Shown: positions 11,226 to 25,149 of the stretch, one piece after another | Layout of the letters: the number at the start of each line of letters is the position of its first letter | Position numbering within the stretch: position 1 is the first letter of the stretch | NCBI GenBank assembly: GCA_030265395.1 | Contig: JARFYF010000052.1 | Coordinates: 114,726,505-114,790,504 of the forward strand | DNA length: 64,000 nucleotides | Direction of reading: 5' to 3' | Origin: Rhina ancylostomus | Taxonomy: Eukaryota | Program-made: the position numbers and the translations under genes | Notes under the pieces: model-generated | Database searches by the model: none | The model's input: the letters and a program-made list of their open reading frames with translations, nothing else | What the model was told of the DNA's origin: nothing

Positions 11226-13083
11226 AGAGTACATGAACAGGAAAAGGTCTACCTCTGTTGATCTTGCTATCACCTGGAATGTTGGGTAGAGGCTAACTCA
11301 TTTATTAGAAAGAGAGAGAAATAACAATAACAGATTAATAAACTGCCCAGCAGTACGCCAAAGGAGACGTGTAAACCTGTTTTATTTTCTAACTGAATAG
11401 AATGAAAGTTAATGCAGCCACAGTTCACTCATATGTAGAGAAACCATGGGTAAAGCCCTGCAGATGGTTCACCTCCAATTAGTTGAATTAGCATAAATTC
11501 AATGATCTAAATTTGATTCAGTTCAGGTATGTAAGTTAATTTGTGTGGGAGCATAAGTGAATACTGCTCTGAAATCATCAGTCTNNNNNNNNNNNNNNNN
11601 NNNNNNNNNNNNNNNNNNNNNNNNNNNNNNNNNNNNNNNNNNNNNNNNNNNNNNNNNNNNNNNNNNNNNNNNNNNNNNNNNNNNTAAAGACCACATTGCA
11701 TGTATTGGATGATGCTGTCAACTCGATTCCCTGCTTTATAAACATTTAGGGTAGGAGTTTCTTCTTAGCTCATTACTCCCCATCACTGCCCAAAATGCAC
11801 TGCTGGTGTATAAGCATCTTTAAACAAATTCCCATTTATTGAAGATCATAATGCAAGCACATTGATAATGAATTTATGATTAACTGTAAATGCTTTGTGC
11901 TGTGGAGGAAACAGACATTAATATTCTTAAGCTGTGTTCAATAAACATCAAGAAGCACCATCATAACTCTTGGCTCTAGAGGAGTTTTCTTGGGTTCTAG
12001 CATTGTGAATTTTAGCCTTTTGGAGACAGGTACAGATTTTTTGCACCCTCACTCAAATACAGTGCTTAGGCAATCCCCTGTCAATGGCTGTAATAGGGGA
12101 TTGATGTTTGAAAAATACCTTTGTGTAGCTCTTGCAAGTGGTCAATCAGCAACTTGTGCTGGCAGTGGAGGATGGCTGCTTCATATAAACTGATCCTTTT
12201 TTAAAAAAAAAGCCTGGACACAAATCAGAGGAGCCACATGGCACAATCAGTAGAATTACTACCGTACAGATTAGCTGCAAGTGGGATGTGAAGAGATGAC
12301 ATCTTAAATCATGTTCTAAAATTAATCTCTGTAAAGCAAAGCAGTGATCCTTGGGTTAGTTATCTTAAATTATGGAATATATTTGTAGAAATTGGACCCA
12401 CTTATCCCTGTTTTATGTGCATAAATTGCAGACAAAATCATTTTACTCAGGTTTTGAAGCATTTGTGTTCCCATTGAGGTCATGCCCTTGGGAAATTGGA
12501 CCAGGCACTTCTGAGCTCGATTCATCCTAACAAAGGAATCATTTTCCTATTGCTATTGGTGGCATGTGAAATCATCATCAACATATGTGGGGTTCATTTT
12601 TTTTATTTTCTGTCAGAAATTGAATCAAAAGGCAGAAAATAGCAAAGCATGGAAGTGTATGTGAATTGAACGTTCAGTGTTGGGAAATCATTTTTATATG
12701 CATTAGCTTTTTCATTTTTATTTCCTGATCTTTTCACTGCAGGCAGCAGTAAGTCAGATCATAGCATCTCTGCCCTGTGCTCCTGGGTACAAGATGCTGT
12801 GATCAGTGCCTCATGTAGTTGAGGTGCTCTCCATGAGAACATGTAAGTTCCCTCACTTCAGAAATTTCCCTCCAATGTTCCCTCATCTCCCTGCCAGTGT
12901 GCACTTTGACCAAGCTGAACTCTTTCAGTGAGCAGCATGTGAATGATGCAGCCGCTGTGATGTCAGTGAGCAGCTGCCATCTGTATACAAGCAAGTTGTG
13001 TTCTATCACTTCTAAATTGGGGAGAACCATCACTAGACCTTCTGAAAGGCAGGATGCTCTAATTTTGTGGGGGGTTTGTCATA

Positions 13084-13201
13084 ACCTCCAATCTGGCTTT
13101 TGCACTATGTGGGAAAACGTATTCAGTGCCTAAAATAAAGGTACCTCCAATCTGGCTTTTGCACTATGTGGGAAAACGTATTCAGTGCCTAAAATAAAGG
13201 T
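13084..13201. repeat. Perfect 59-bp tandem duplication
   Basis: acctccaatctggc...cctaaaataaaggt occurs at 13084-13142 and again at 13143-13201 with no mismatch. Confidence 0.95.
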
Positions 13202-13714
13202 GAAATGTAGTTTTTAAACAATGATGTTTCTTTAGCATCCTGATTTATCAAAGTATTTCAAGCTGTCGCAGAAGGACAAAGTATTTGAAATCAACTTTAT
13301 CCCACTTATAATGCACTTATGACATAGAATGTTGGATGCTATAAATTATTCCCATTATAGAAAGTACCAAATTTCCTTGCCAAAATTTTTATATATTTGT
13401 ATGTTAATCTCAGTGCAATTGGTGGAGATACTGTTGCCATGGTCATCTACATAATAACATGCAATACTCGAAAAAATAAGTTTATGAATTGTTTTGGCAA
13501 GGTGCTAACACAGTGTATAAATACAAGTGATTTTTTAATATCTGCAGTATTAGAAGGGGAATTTTGATAACCTAAAAGAACCCTTCCTTGTTAGCAGTGG
13601 AACAAGAATAGGGATTTTGATCACTTTTCCACAGAAAGAACATCAAAATGTGTCTTAAAACAAATTGAATTTGTGCAGGTTTAAAAAGATAGATACTTTA
13701 TTATTCCAGGAAAA

Positions 13715-13880
13715 CTAGATTCAAATCCAACTTAGGTTGACAGGAATCAAGAATCTGCTGCCACCAGTATGAAATGTATTGGATAAAGCTCCATGATAGG
13801 CACTGGCCTACAGTATAAAAAATGTTGCTAGTGTTATCTGAAGCAGAGAGGCCTCTGGATGACTGGTTCAAGAAATGAAA
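13715..13880 (+). mobile_element. Ancient tRNA-SINE remnant (LF-SINE-like)
   Basis: B-box-like attcaaatccaacttagg, then tatgaaatgtattgg and gcagagaggcc, in the order recalled for LF-SINE. Confidence 0.35.
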
Positions 13881-16800
13881 AACTTGTCACATTAATGTAG
13901 TAAAATATGCTTTTCTGAGTTTGAGGCATGATGTGAGGACAGAGCAGATGCTGAGAGCTGCTTAGCTGGCTGGCCTTGGAGAGTTTGATGATGACTGACT
14001 GTGTCAGAAATCAGGATTTCATTCTCCACCATTAATGTTACTCAAAATGATAAATAAAAATATCAAAAGTAATTCAGGAAATGATGCATCAAATTGAACA
14101 TGCTTCATATGATACAGATTCTATTGAAAGACAAGTATTCCATTGAACAGGTATGATTTTTTAAAATTTTTGGATAAGGCACCTTTTTGAGGAGATCAGT
14201 GAAAAGAGCAACTCATAAGATGCAGCAAATGTGGCTATAAACCAAGGGTAACTAATTACATGAGTCTGTAATCTCCCAGACTGCCAGAAGGATACAAATT
14301 CATTTATTTTCCTCAAAGTTTGTGTACAGTCTCTTTTAGTTGTAGAATAATCCTTCTGCAGTGGAAAATAACTGGGATTCCTTCCAGCTAGACATCAGTT
14401 AATATTATGCATTCTTTAGGTGACCTAATTGTGGAAAGAAATTGGAGATTAGTACTTGTGATTTTGGAACAGAAATATTTACAAAGTTCACTGGTTGCAC
14501 AATATCCACAGAAGGAAGTTAGGCAGAGCACGTCAGTCTGAGGCCCCAACCTCTCATATTGAATAAGTAGACTACAAGTACCAAACAAGCCAGGTTGCTG
14601 GATACTGGCTAGAGTGATAGCAGGTATCTCAGGGAGCACCAAGCAAACAGCAAGATAAATCAGAAGGTGAAATAGTATTNNNNNNNNNNNNNNNNNNNNN
14701 NNNNNNNNNNNNNNNNNNNNNNNNNNNNNNNNNNNNNNNNNNNNNNNNNNNNNNNNNNNNNNNNNNNNNNNNNNNNNNNTAGTATTGGGGGGGGGAGGGG
14801 GTGAGCGGTGGTGGTGGTGGTCAGTGGTGGCAGTGTGGGATGCGGAAGTTGCTATAATGAAGTGGAGGAAGTTCATATCCAATTCACATTCTAAAAGAGC
14901 TCTATAGTGGCTGCTGAGCTATGGGATCTTATGGAAGGTGCAGTGGGCCACTCAATTGCATTCTGGGGTAGTGGGTCTATTATCTAATTTTGAGAACTGA
15001 CCCTGCCTATTATGGCTGTTTTCCATGTTAAAACCAACATAATATGCACTATTTCCCTGTGATTCCTATTGAAAAATGGGCAGGATTGGGCTGAAGTTGC
15101 AAGTGTTAGTAATTCTGGTACATTTGTAGGAACTTTTTTGAATGGAGGTAGTAACAAATAATGAAGGACATATCTACATACAAGTAGTAGTTTTTCACTC
15201 CAGCTGACATTGTGGTCTAGATATTGCTTCATGCTTTTTATGTCCAGTAAACAACATTGTGGGTTAATTTAATGCTATTTGAGAAAATCACATAAAGTAT
15301 GAGAACTTCAAATGTGAAGCTCAATTGCATCGTTGTTTTTCCCTACATAACACCTGGCTGAAGCTGACATCGCCAGCAATACCTCAAAGCAGTACCTCCG
15401 TAGCAAGCTGGCTAGAAGATTGAAAGCCCAAGGGACTGAAAGAAGTGATGTTGGCTCCAAATTTGGACTTCAGATTCCACTGAATTTTTGAATAATTGGT
15501 GCACAAGCTAGTCATTTCCATGCTGCACTGAAACTGATCAATGTGTCCCTGCAGGCACAGACAAATTTCAAATCCATTGTGGCATTGACTTTACATCCCA
15601 TTTCCATTAATTTCCATTCATATAGGCACTTTTTCTTCATCTGTCTAAACATAGAATTTTATACCACAGATCAAAACTTGAGAAGAGCTAGTTGAACCAA
15701 TGATTGTAAATATGGGGATTAAATTACCACCCAGTTCCTGGGTTCCACGCAGCCAAAAAAGACTAGGAAGCATGTGAAGTACTGATTGTGGTAAATGTTC
15801 TTGTGCCCGTAAGTCCAGTGACTAATCAAAACATGGAGCAGCAAGATGATGGTAGGAATTAGTATACAAAGTTTATTTGAAGCAAATTTACAACTTCACA
15901 TTACATCTAGTACTTTTCTCCCATACCTGAATATGTTGTAAATCAGTGTGTAGTGCTCAGACTAGCTTTGAGTAAAGCATTGTGTATCTTATCTGTTGTT
16001 GCAATTGTGTCTCCTGTAGAAATTTCATTTACAGTAAAACTCCAATAATACGCTATCAGAGTTTTTGGAAATTACTATGGTATTTGGATTCCTATGTATT
16101 CAGCCATTCTTCAACATTTTATGCAATGGTTTATCTACGAAAGGACTCCCATCATTTCTTGTTACCACATGATGCCTCCCCAATCCATGAGGCACAGGCT
16201 GCATATTCATGATATCATACCCCATGCTGGACAATGCAAGTAGCTGTGGCTGCAAACAGCATCTGTGTAAAACTGTGGGCTGCGTGAATTCAGCTTGCTG
16301 CCAGTATTGCATTAAGCAGACACATGTGCTGTATATTACATAACGCTGTCCCAGCACCCATTTCCTGTTATCTCTTCCTTGTCTTTTCATGGAAATCTAA
16401 CTGCCTGAGCTATTTTAATTTCTTCTAGGATTATGACAAAAGCACAGTTATGTTACTCTTTTATACCTCATGCTGCCAGGTACAAATTATGTAATAACAC
16501 TGAACCATGAAGGACTGTGCAAGTTTTCATGGCGATTAATCCCCAGGCTGGAAATCAAGCAGCTCCAGAGATATCAATTGGCAGTCTCACAATGTTTGAT
16601 GACTGAGAGGAGTGGAAAATAGCAACTCATTATTGGAGAACTGCACATTTTTAAAACCTAAAGCAATTCTACTCCAATATATAAAATGGTGGGATAATGT
16701 GAAAGTAACAGAAGTTGTAAATGTCAGCATTTCTGCAGAAGTATTAAAGACAATACTGAAACATTTTTCCCCTATGTTTTAAATTAGACAAACGCCTGAT

Positions 16801-17170
16801 TTAATTTATAAACCGCTGAGCATGTCTCTGTTTGGAATTTTGCACTGCTTTTCCTCTCTTTAAATCTCACACATGAATTTATTCCTTCAGCATTAGCAGT
16901 GGAATGCACTTTACCATTAACATATTACAATCTGTTCTTGGATCAACTATCCAAAACACTCTACCCCTTTACAGGTGTCCACTGCTTAGCTCTGCAGCTA
17001 CAAAACACACAATGAAGACTTGAGGGAATATCTTAGTGAACAACTTCATGGAGCAGCTGATAGCTCGCTGTTTGGCAAACCAAGTTACAATGCACTCATT
17101 TTGTTCTTCTTGAAAATATTCCATTTTAATTATGTCAGCAGGCTTTGCAATTAGCACAAGGTGTAAACTA

Positions 17171-17462
17171 GGGGCAGGCATGGTAGTGTAGTGGTTAGCG
17201 TAATGCTTTAGAGTGCCAGCGACTTGAGTTCAATTCTAGCCACCTGTATGTTCTCCCTGTGTCTGCTTGGGTTTCCTCTGGGTGCTCTGGTTTCCTCCCA
17301 CACTCCAAAAGGCGTACGGGTTAGGAAGTTGTGAGCATGCTATGTTGGCGCCGGAAGTGTGACGACACTTGCGGGCTGCCTCCAGAACACTCTACTCAAA
17401 AAGATGCATTTCACTGTGTGTTTCGATGTGCATGTGACGAATAAAGACATCTTATCTTATCT
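17171..17462 (+). mobile_element. Near full-length tRNA-derived V-SINE with LINE-like 3' tail
   Basis: A-box tagtgtagtgg (17184-17194), B-box gttcaattc (17228-17236), V-core tgttctccctgtgtctgcttgggtttcctctgggtgctctggtttcctcccaca, and tail gtgacgAATAAAgacatcttatcttatct. Confidence 0.85.
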
Positions 17463-17781
17463 GATGTACACTTTAAATTGCAGCATAAATATTAAATTTA
17501 TAGATCTTCATTTGGTAGAATTCAATTTAATTCATGGTTGTGCTAACTGATGAGCTTTGAATCAGAAGAACAATTTCGGGCACAATTAAAGATTAAAGGA
17601 TGAAGTTGGGCTTGATACACCCCTTTCTTTGGGTGCATTGAACACCCCTGGAACTCCAAAATAGCATCTGGTCAGTGCACATTTAAAAGGTGGATGTTGC
17701 TGTATGCTGTGTTGGTGAAGAAGTAGAGTGATATAGGGACATGTTAGCTGTTGTACAGTAAATATAACCGTGAATGTAGAA

Positions 17782-19078
17782 GCACAAGAAAGATTGCAGA
17801 TACTGGAAATCTGGAGCGACGCACAAAATGCTGGAAGAACTCAGCGGGTCAAGCAGCATCTACGGAGGGAAGTGGACAGTCAATGTTTTGGGTTGAGACC
17901 CTTCTTCAGTACTGTAAAGAAAGAGGGGAAGTAGCCAGTACAAAAGGTGGAGCGAAAGGTGGCGGGTGACAGGTGAATCCAGGGGAGGGAAGAAGATGAG
18001 CAGGTGGGGGAGGAGGGATCCAGGCTGGTGCCCCCTCCAGATCCCGCCCCGGCTGCCTTCGGGCCAAGACCTCTCACGCTGCCACTGGGTCTTACTTCTC
18101 CTCCTCTTCCACCACCACTCCCCACCCTCCTCTGACCCCTCCAATCCTCAACGCTTCTCTCACCTCTCCAACACTCTACACCTCCCCTGACCCCAGCTCC
18201 ACTCCCTGCCATGTTTCCACTATCCCCTCTGACCTTCCACTCTCTGAGGAGGAACGTTCTGTCCTCAACAGGGGCCATACCTTAGTCCCCTTGCACCCAT
18301 TTCTGCCTCCATGCTGACTTCTTCGGCAAGGACTCCTCCCCACTGATAACCCCTTCTCCCGCCTCAAGCCTTCCCCCACCTCTTGGACACCCCGCTCTGG
18401 CCGCCTGCCCACTCTGGATCTTTTCATCTCTAACTACTGACAGGACATTAACCACCTTGACTTCACCACTCCCCTCACCTACAATGACCTCATCCCCTCC
18501 GAACACATTGCCCTCCACTCACTCCACACTAATCCCAAACTCACCATCAAACCCACAGACAAGGGTGGTGCTGTTGTAGTCTGGTGGACTGACCTCTACC
18601 TTGCAGAGACCAGAATGCAGCTCCTAGACACCTCCTCTTACTTATCCCCAAACCAGGACCCAACTGAGAAGCATCAGGCCATTGTCTCCTGCACCATCAC
18701 CGACCTCATCACCTCTGGAGACCTCTCCTCTACAGCCTCCAACTTCATAGTTCCCCTACCCCGCACTGCCCATTTCTACCTCCGACCCAAAATCCACAAA
18801 TCTAGCTGCCCAGATAGGCCCATTGTTTCTGCCTGCTCCTGCCTCTCTGAACTCGTATCCTCGCCTTCCTCCCTCTCTCCACCTGCCTATCTTCCCCCCT
18901 CACCTGGATTCACCTATCACCCGCCAGCTCTTTCTCAGCCCCCTCCACCCACCTTTTATACTGACTATCTCCCCTCTTTCTTTCCGGTCCTGAAGGGTCT
19001 CAACCCAAAACATCAGCTGTCCAATTCCCTCCATAGATGCTGCTTGACCCACTGAGTTCCTCCAGCATTTTGTGTGTC
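17782..19078 (+). mobile_element. Internally deleted Penelope-like retroelement with inverted pLTRs and 15-bp TSD
   Basis: RT N-terminal motifs TIKPTDKGGAVVVW and FYLRPKIHKSSCPDRPIVS (18543-18840). The left pLTR is reversed and the right pLTR is forward. TSD accgtgaatgtagaa (17767-17781) / actgtgaatatagaa (19079-19093). Confidence 0.9.
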
Positions 19079-22000
19079 ACTGTGAATATAGAAATATGTG
19101 TTGGGCTAAGCAGGAAGTGTAGGGTGTGTGCGCTTATTGGTAGAGATGGTTGGAAGACAAGTGATGGAAATGTGGTACACTTAGGCTGGCTGAGGCTGGT
19201 GACGCAGTTCATAGGGAAAGACATTTGATAGTCTAGTCACTGATTTTGACAGCTTCTGAGGCCACCAAACCTCTTCAAGTAGTGTATCCAATGCTTGGGG
19301 CTTTGCATGTGGCATTAACCACAACAGTTATTGTGCCCACTTCTTTCTGAATGAATGCCAGGAGACCTTCCTGACTTTCCTCCTTTCCATCAAGGCTTCC
19401 AGTACAATATCCAAAAGCTTCAGAGCCACCTTCCATGTGTCCCATTTTATTGTTTTCTCAGTCAATTTCACATGTAGAGGAAAAGCTAGAACCCACATTC
19501 GGCACAGTGCATAACCCTTTTAAATAGTGCAAGCTTGCTTGAAGCAGTGCTTTAACTTGTGTTTGACTGTCATGATATTGGCTGCTGCTGGAATGTCTGG
19601 CCAATGAACAGCACAGTTAACAATGGCTGTACACTGAAATCATTATAATGAACAGGCAGCCAAGGATAGCATGCTGGCTGCATTTCAACCAATGGGCACA
19701 GGTCAATGTTACCTTACAATTCATTTAACTGTTTTTAGGGAGTATCTAATATAGGCCCCTAAATTTAAGTAAAGAATCCATGTTAACAAACTTTAATAAA
19801 AAATAATTATTTGGTACTTGTATTTAATCTGAATTCTAAATAACAATATGAGGTATTTAAATATAATGCATATGGAGATGGAAAATTGGAAATTCCAGGA
19901 AGTGACACAGAATTGAATCCAAAAACAAATTCAAGACTGGAGACAGCTATGTTCTTCAGCATGCATATCAGAGAACGTATTCCACATGGTGTCGTTGTAG
20001 TTCTCAAGAGTCAGCATTGTGGTTTTGGGCAAAATTATTTTAGAAGAAAGTGCTTGATGAAAAACACATCTGCAACACATAAAATGAAAAAAATACTTTC
20101 CTGTATTTTCATGTTTTCTTTTTGTTTTTGGTTGATTCATAATCGAGATTTATTAAAAAAGGCTCTCTTCAAGACATAGCTGGCAAAAATGGCATCCATT
20201 GTCAAACTAAGAGACACTGTCGGTAAAGACCTAGATTTGCTGGTTGTAGGCCAGGTAGCTGATTTTGATTTAATTTCCAGCACAAGTTTCACCAATATTG
20301 AACTAAAAAGAGAAAGAAAAGAATTAGCCAAGATTTCTGTTTCTGATTGCTATCGAGTGACACCATTGAAATGCAGCAAATTGAACACTGGAAAACAACA
20401 GGATTCAATTTAGTGATGATAATCCAATTGTCGAAGTGCCCTTTTGACAACCACTTTCCAAATTCTCTCATGATGATTGTGAACATGGAATGTTTTTCAT
20501 CTGTGGCTGAGATGCCAGAGGGTGGTCAGAATTCATGAAGTTGTGCATTTTATGAGGTGGCAGCTCAAGAGAAAGGATCAGAAAAACTTCATGATAACAC
20601 TTCCTAAAGAAGAATTGTATTGATGGGAAACAAATACAAAACTATGTGAATAATGCTGTCCACAAGAAAAATGTGCAGTTTGCCATGCAAATGAGGAAGC
20701 TGTGTTTTTTTTCACCCTTTATCTAGTTTTAGAATAATGGACTTCAGTAGAAAACTGGAAGTGGATCATTTTTTTCTGCCAGGATAACAACACTTTTATT
20801 TAGTCCATGTTCAACATGTTTATGAAGTTGAATACAATGACTACTATACCTTTCAGAGAGTTAGCCATGTCCAGTCATTTCCAATCAATCTTTATTTTCC
20901 ATCGTTGTGTGAGCTCGACAGCAAAAAGGTTTGTTACTTGTTTCCTTTTAATTAACAATCAACTTAAAAAAGCAACATAATACAACTACCCAGCTGAAAT
21001 TGTTCTTTATATCTTTTTTGCTCATTTAGAATTGCATTTTATTAGTATCCAAACACATAGTGTCTAATCTTTGGCAATATTCCCAGATACAGAAACTTCT
21101 CAAGAGAAATTGAATTTAGTGTAGTGTATGGAAAGATGACAAATACAGAAAAAAGGTTCAAAAAGTAAAATGATAAAAAATAATGCCATTTTTTAACATT
21201 GAAAGTACCAGATTCATTTTTGCCTTAATGCTCTGCAAAGTGTGTAGACACATCAGCATTATAGGGAGGAATTCACTTTGGGCAGATGAGTAGGGGTTAA
21301 TTCTTAATATGGTTAACAAATTACAGACACATAATGTTATTATTCAGTTTCTTAATTCTGGAGTATAATGTTCAACCATAAAAATTTACTGAATATCATT
21401 TTTCACATATGTTTTGTGATCAGAACCACATGCACAATTTCAGAATGGCCAGCAAAATGTAGCACACAGACTTGAAACTAGGCAGTGGGGGGGAAAGAAT
21501 TGCCCAAGTGAAACTGATTCATGCTAATAAGACCTTGACTAAACTAATAATTGTGGCTGATAACTTAAGAACGTGCTTGCAACATATAGTTTGTTCGGAA
21601 TGTTTCATCTGGATCTGGCTTTTAAAATGAATTTTGTCCAGAGTAAAACACAGCAGGGTTTATCTCACTTTAATCATTGATGCTGCAGTATAGAGTAAAA
21701 CAGCAGAACAATCAGAAGCAGTTTACAATAAATCAACATTGCATTCAACAGTTCACCTGATGTTGCAAAGTAAAGAACTGGGCCCAAAGAATGATTCTAT
21801 CTTGATTCTGATCATTCCAGAAAATAGAGATGAATCTTAAATCTACATTTGCTATTTTTAAAAAATCATATTGTTTTCCTACAGTTAGTGGTAATCACCT
21901 TGGAAGGTTTACATGTCAAGGTTGCATGGACAATTGGTTCTGTTTTTATAGAGGACTAGACAGAGTGCTCCAGTATCTCCTGCTGATAAAATTGTCGAGC

Positions 22001-23834
22001 TGGGACAGCATTAACAGTGTTTCTGCTGGAAGAGGGGACAGCAACTCAATATAGGTATCATTCCTTGTTGTAAAGGTAGTGCAGTGATGCATTACCACTC
22101 AGTTGCAATTAAATAAGTTACTAGAGCAAAATAAATACAGCAATTTAAACAGTAAAACCTTTGCACTTGAGTGCATTGTTTCCTTAAAAGAGAATGCAGG
22201 CAAAATCTGATTGGAATTTTAATATACACTGCGTTAATTCAATGGAGCATTCACAAAGAAAATGATCAAGGTAATTAAACTCTAAAATGTGTTTTGGTGC
22301 TTGAATTTAATTGCGAGGGAGTGGTTGCTGTCTCGGCAAAATAATTTACTGTTGGGAGAAACCTTCGCCCAGCATTTGATGTTCTTCTCTTTGGTAAATT
22401 GGGGCCTCTATATGGAGTATTACGGAAGTTGTAGAACATGCAGGATAATTTGTATAGTTCATTAATATGTATATTTTTTATTATATATCACTGAAGCAAT
22501 GGAGTGTTATTCACCAGTGGCTTGGTCAACCCTACAGCCTGGATTTTATCTGAGAAGAGCTGAATGGAAAAGATATCATTGTGAGATCCAGAAGCTCAAA
22601 GAATGAGTTTGCCACATGTCCTGTAATATTTAATATTGGAAGCCAGCCTGATTAACATTAGGAGGCTTTTTAAATAAGAAGTCTCCTTTACATAGTCACA
22701 GAAGAAACCTGGTGCAGATAAATTGGAATGAGATAGGTCATTGGGATTTGGAAGTAGCTCCACAGAAGTGGAAGGAGTTGGTGGGGGGGGGGTGTTCTGA
22801 ATGAAAGGGTGGATGCCTGCATCATGGTTCAAGGGAGGCAAGCCCTGATTGCTATGGTAATAGCACCTGGTAGAATTGAGGTTCCATCTGCAGGGCCAGA
22901 AATGACGTTGGATAGGAAGAGAAGATGGAACTTGGTGAGGAGTAGACTTGGAGAGTAGCTTCTTCAGACCCACAAACACTGCTGTAAGGATATACACCTT
23001 CAATTCTTGCCCGGAGTTAGCTATTGGATTCCCTGAGACTTGTCATTAATACATGGACATTGAAATTATCCNNNNNNNNNNNNNNNNNNNNNNNNNNNNN
23101 NNNNNNNNNNNNNNNNNNNNNNNNNNNNNNNNNNNNNNNNNNNNNNNNNNNNNNNNNNNNNNNNNNNNNNNCCTTGTTATTATACTCAAATGCCAAACCA
23201 GTTCATACAAATACTCAGGCTACCTGCCCATTGACCTACCTCAATTAAAATTGAAATTGATTGGGTTTGTGGTGGGTTTGGTTCCTGCTTCAGATTTTTT
23301 GCAAAAGTTTTGACCCCAAGCCACTTGTTTTAGGGAGTTGAAATTCAGATATTTTCCATGGAAAGAATATGAAGATATGAGAAGCATGGAAAGTTCAAAT
23401 AGTTCCAAAGATACCTTAATGGGAAATGAGAGGTGTAAAAATTGGGAGGAACATCTCCAGCTGTCTTATGTGGTTCACCTTGGAGAGCCCCCATAATGGG
23501 AGCACTAACTTGTGAAAGTTGCTCAAAGATTTTTAGTAGATGCTTGAGAAGATGGAGCTTGGCAAGAACAAGAATAATGGGAGTATTGGACTTTATACTT
23601 CAAAAGTGCCCTGTTGCTCTGTTGTGTACTGATCATGTAAGAATGTGTATTCCAGGATCACTATTCCACAGTTGCTGCATTAGTTCATTATCAGTGGAGT
23701 AGGGGAGATGTCCCTGAGCTGACATCCAACTTGGCCATGACTTTATCCACTATTTACACGAGTTTCATTCTCCATTCCTGGACCTGAAATAGTAAGAAAT
23801 ATTCCCGGTGACAAAGTAGGGCTAGGAGGTTCAA

Positions 23835-24067
23835 AGGGATCTAAGGAAGGATTTTTTTCACTCAGTGGGTGGTTGAAATCTGGAACTCACTGCCTTACAG
23901 GGTGATGAGGCAAAGACTTTCACAACATTTCAGAACTATCTGGACAAGCACTTGAATTGCCAAAGCAGAGATGCCTGTGTCCAAAAATTGGAAAATGGGA
24001 TTAGTATGGATGATCAGTACGGACGTGCTGGACTGAAGGACCTGTTTCTGTGCTGTATGACTCCATG
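23835..24067 (+). mobile_element. CR1/HER1 3' end fragment
   Basis: ttttttcactcagtgggtggttgaaatctggaactcactgcc (FFxQxVVxxWNxLP-type) and tail ctgaaggacctgtttctgtgctgtatgactccatg. Confidence 0.8.
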
Positions 24068-25149
24068 GTGTATGATTCTTTGAACACGTGTGGGTGCAGC
24101 TGGCCAGTTGAGCCTTTGCTTCCTCGCTGTTCTTTGTCTTTTTTCTCGGTTGAAGAGGAAACATCTTAATTTACTGTGACCAAAACTCTGTTTATGGCAC
24201 TGAATTGTGAATTTCCTTAAATTCAGATTGAGGTTTGGTGGGCCTCTCTCCCATTTTGTAGCCCTGTGAGCCATTGGTAGGAAAACTCAGCATCCTGCCT
24301 GACAATGAAGCCAACTTTCCATGCCTCAAACCCAGTCTCTGTTTTCTGTAAACAGCCAACAGACTTAATTTTTCTCAGAATCATTGATGGGGTTCCTAAA
24401 GTTGTGTGGCTGTTGAAGTGCTGCATGAGGTTAATTACATGCATCTGTCTGTTCACTGCTCACTGAAGTTTGGGACTGTTCATTTAAGAATAAGTTAGAA
24501 AAATAACCCATACTCGCATATTTAGTCAAACTGTCCTGTACATTGTTTCATTTGACAGTAGATGGCTTTGATCTTCTTACAGCTGAGAGTAGTTTGTAAA
24601 GCTAGGGCCTAATTTCAAACCTTAAACCCAAACAGAAACATCAGAGATTATTTCTTTACCCTGTTGCAAAATAATCTTTGTTTTCTTTTGTTATTTTCTT
24701 CTATTATATATTATTTAAACAGTTTACAGGGTAGTTTTGTGTACTGGAATGGGAAACTTAACCAGTTTGAGTAGCTCTTACATGAAACATAAAATCCTTA
24801 TTAATCCTAAGAAATGAGAATTGCTTTTCATCATGGACAGTCAATATAATCATAATTTTGGTGGTGTTTTAGAGATTGGGGTTTGGAAATACTGGTGTTA
24901 TAGGTGCTTGCCTCAATCATTGATATTCTGTACATCATCTCCTAACTTTGTGTAGGTAGGACATTGCTTTTAAAACATAATTTTTCTTTTTCTTGGTAGT
25001 CTTCATGAGCTTTTGCATTGATTTTATTTCTCTTTGCCCTGTGCCTGTTCTCTTTCTTTTTGTTTGCCCAGTCAGCTCCATTACTTGTGGGAATCAGTCT
25101 GTCTTTTGGGTTTGGAAGAAGTTGAGGACCAACAGAAACATGTAAGAAA

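Noticed and set aside
17171-17245. tRNA gene
   Set aside because: A and B boxes are present, but the sequence runs into a V-SINE core and LINE-like tail, so it is a SINE head.
19886-20538. Cluster of overlapping short ORFs on both strands
   Set aside because: No recognisable motif or splice structure was found; it may be an old transposon fragment, but that cannot be supported by eye.
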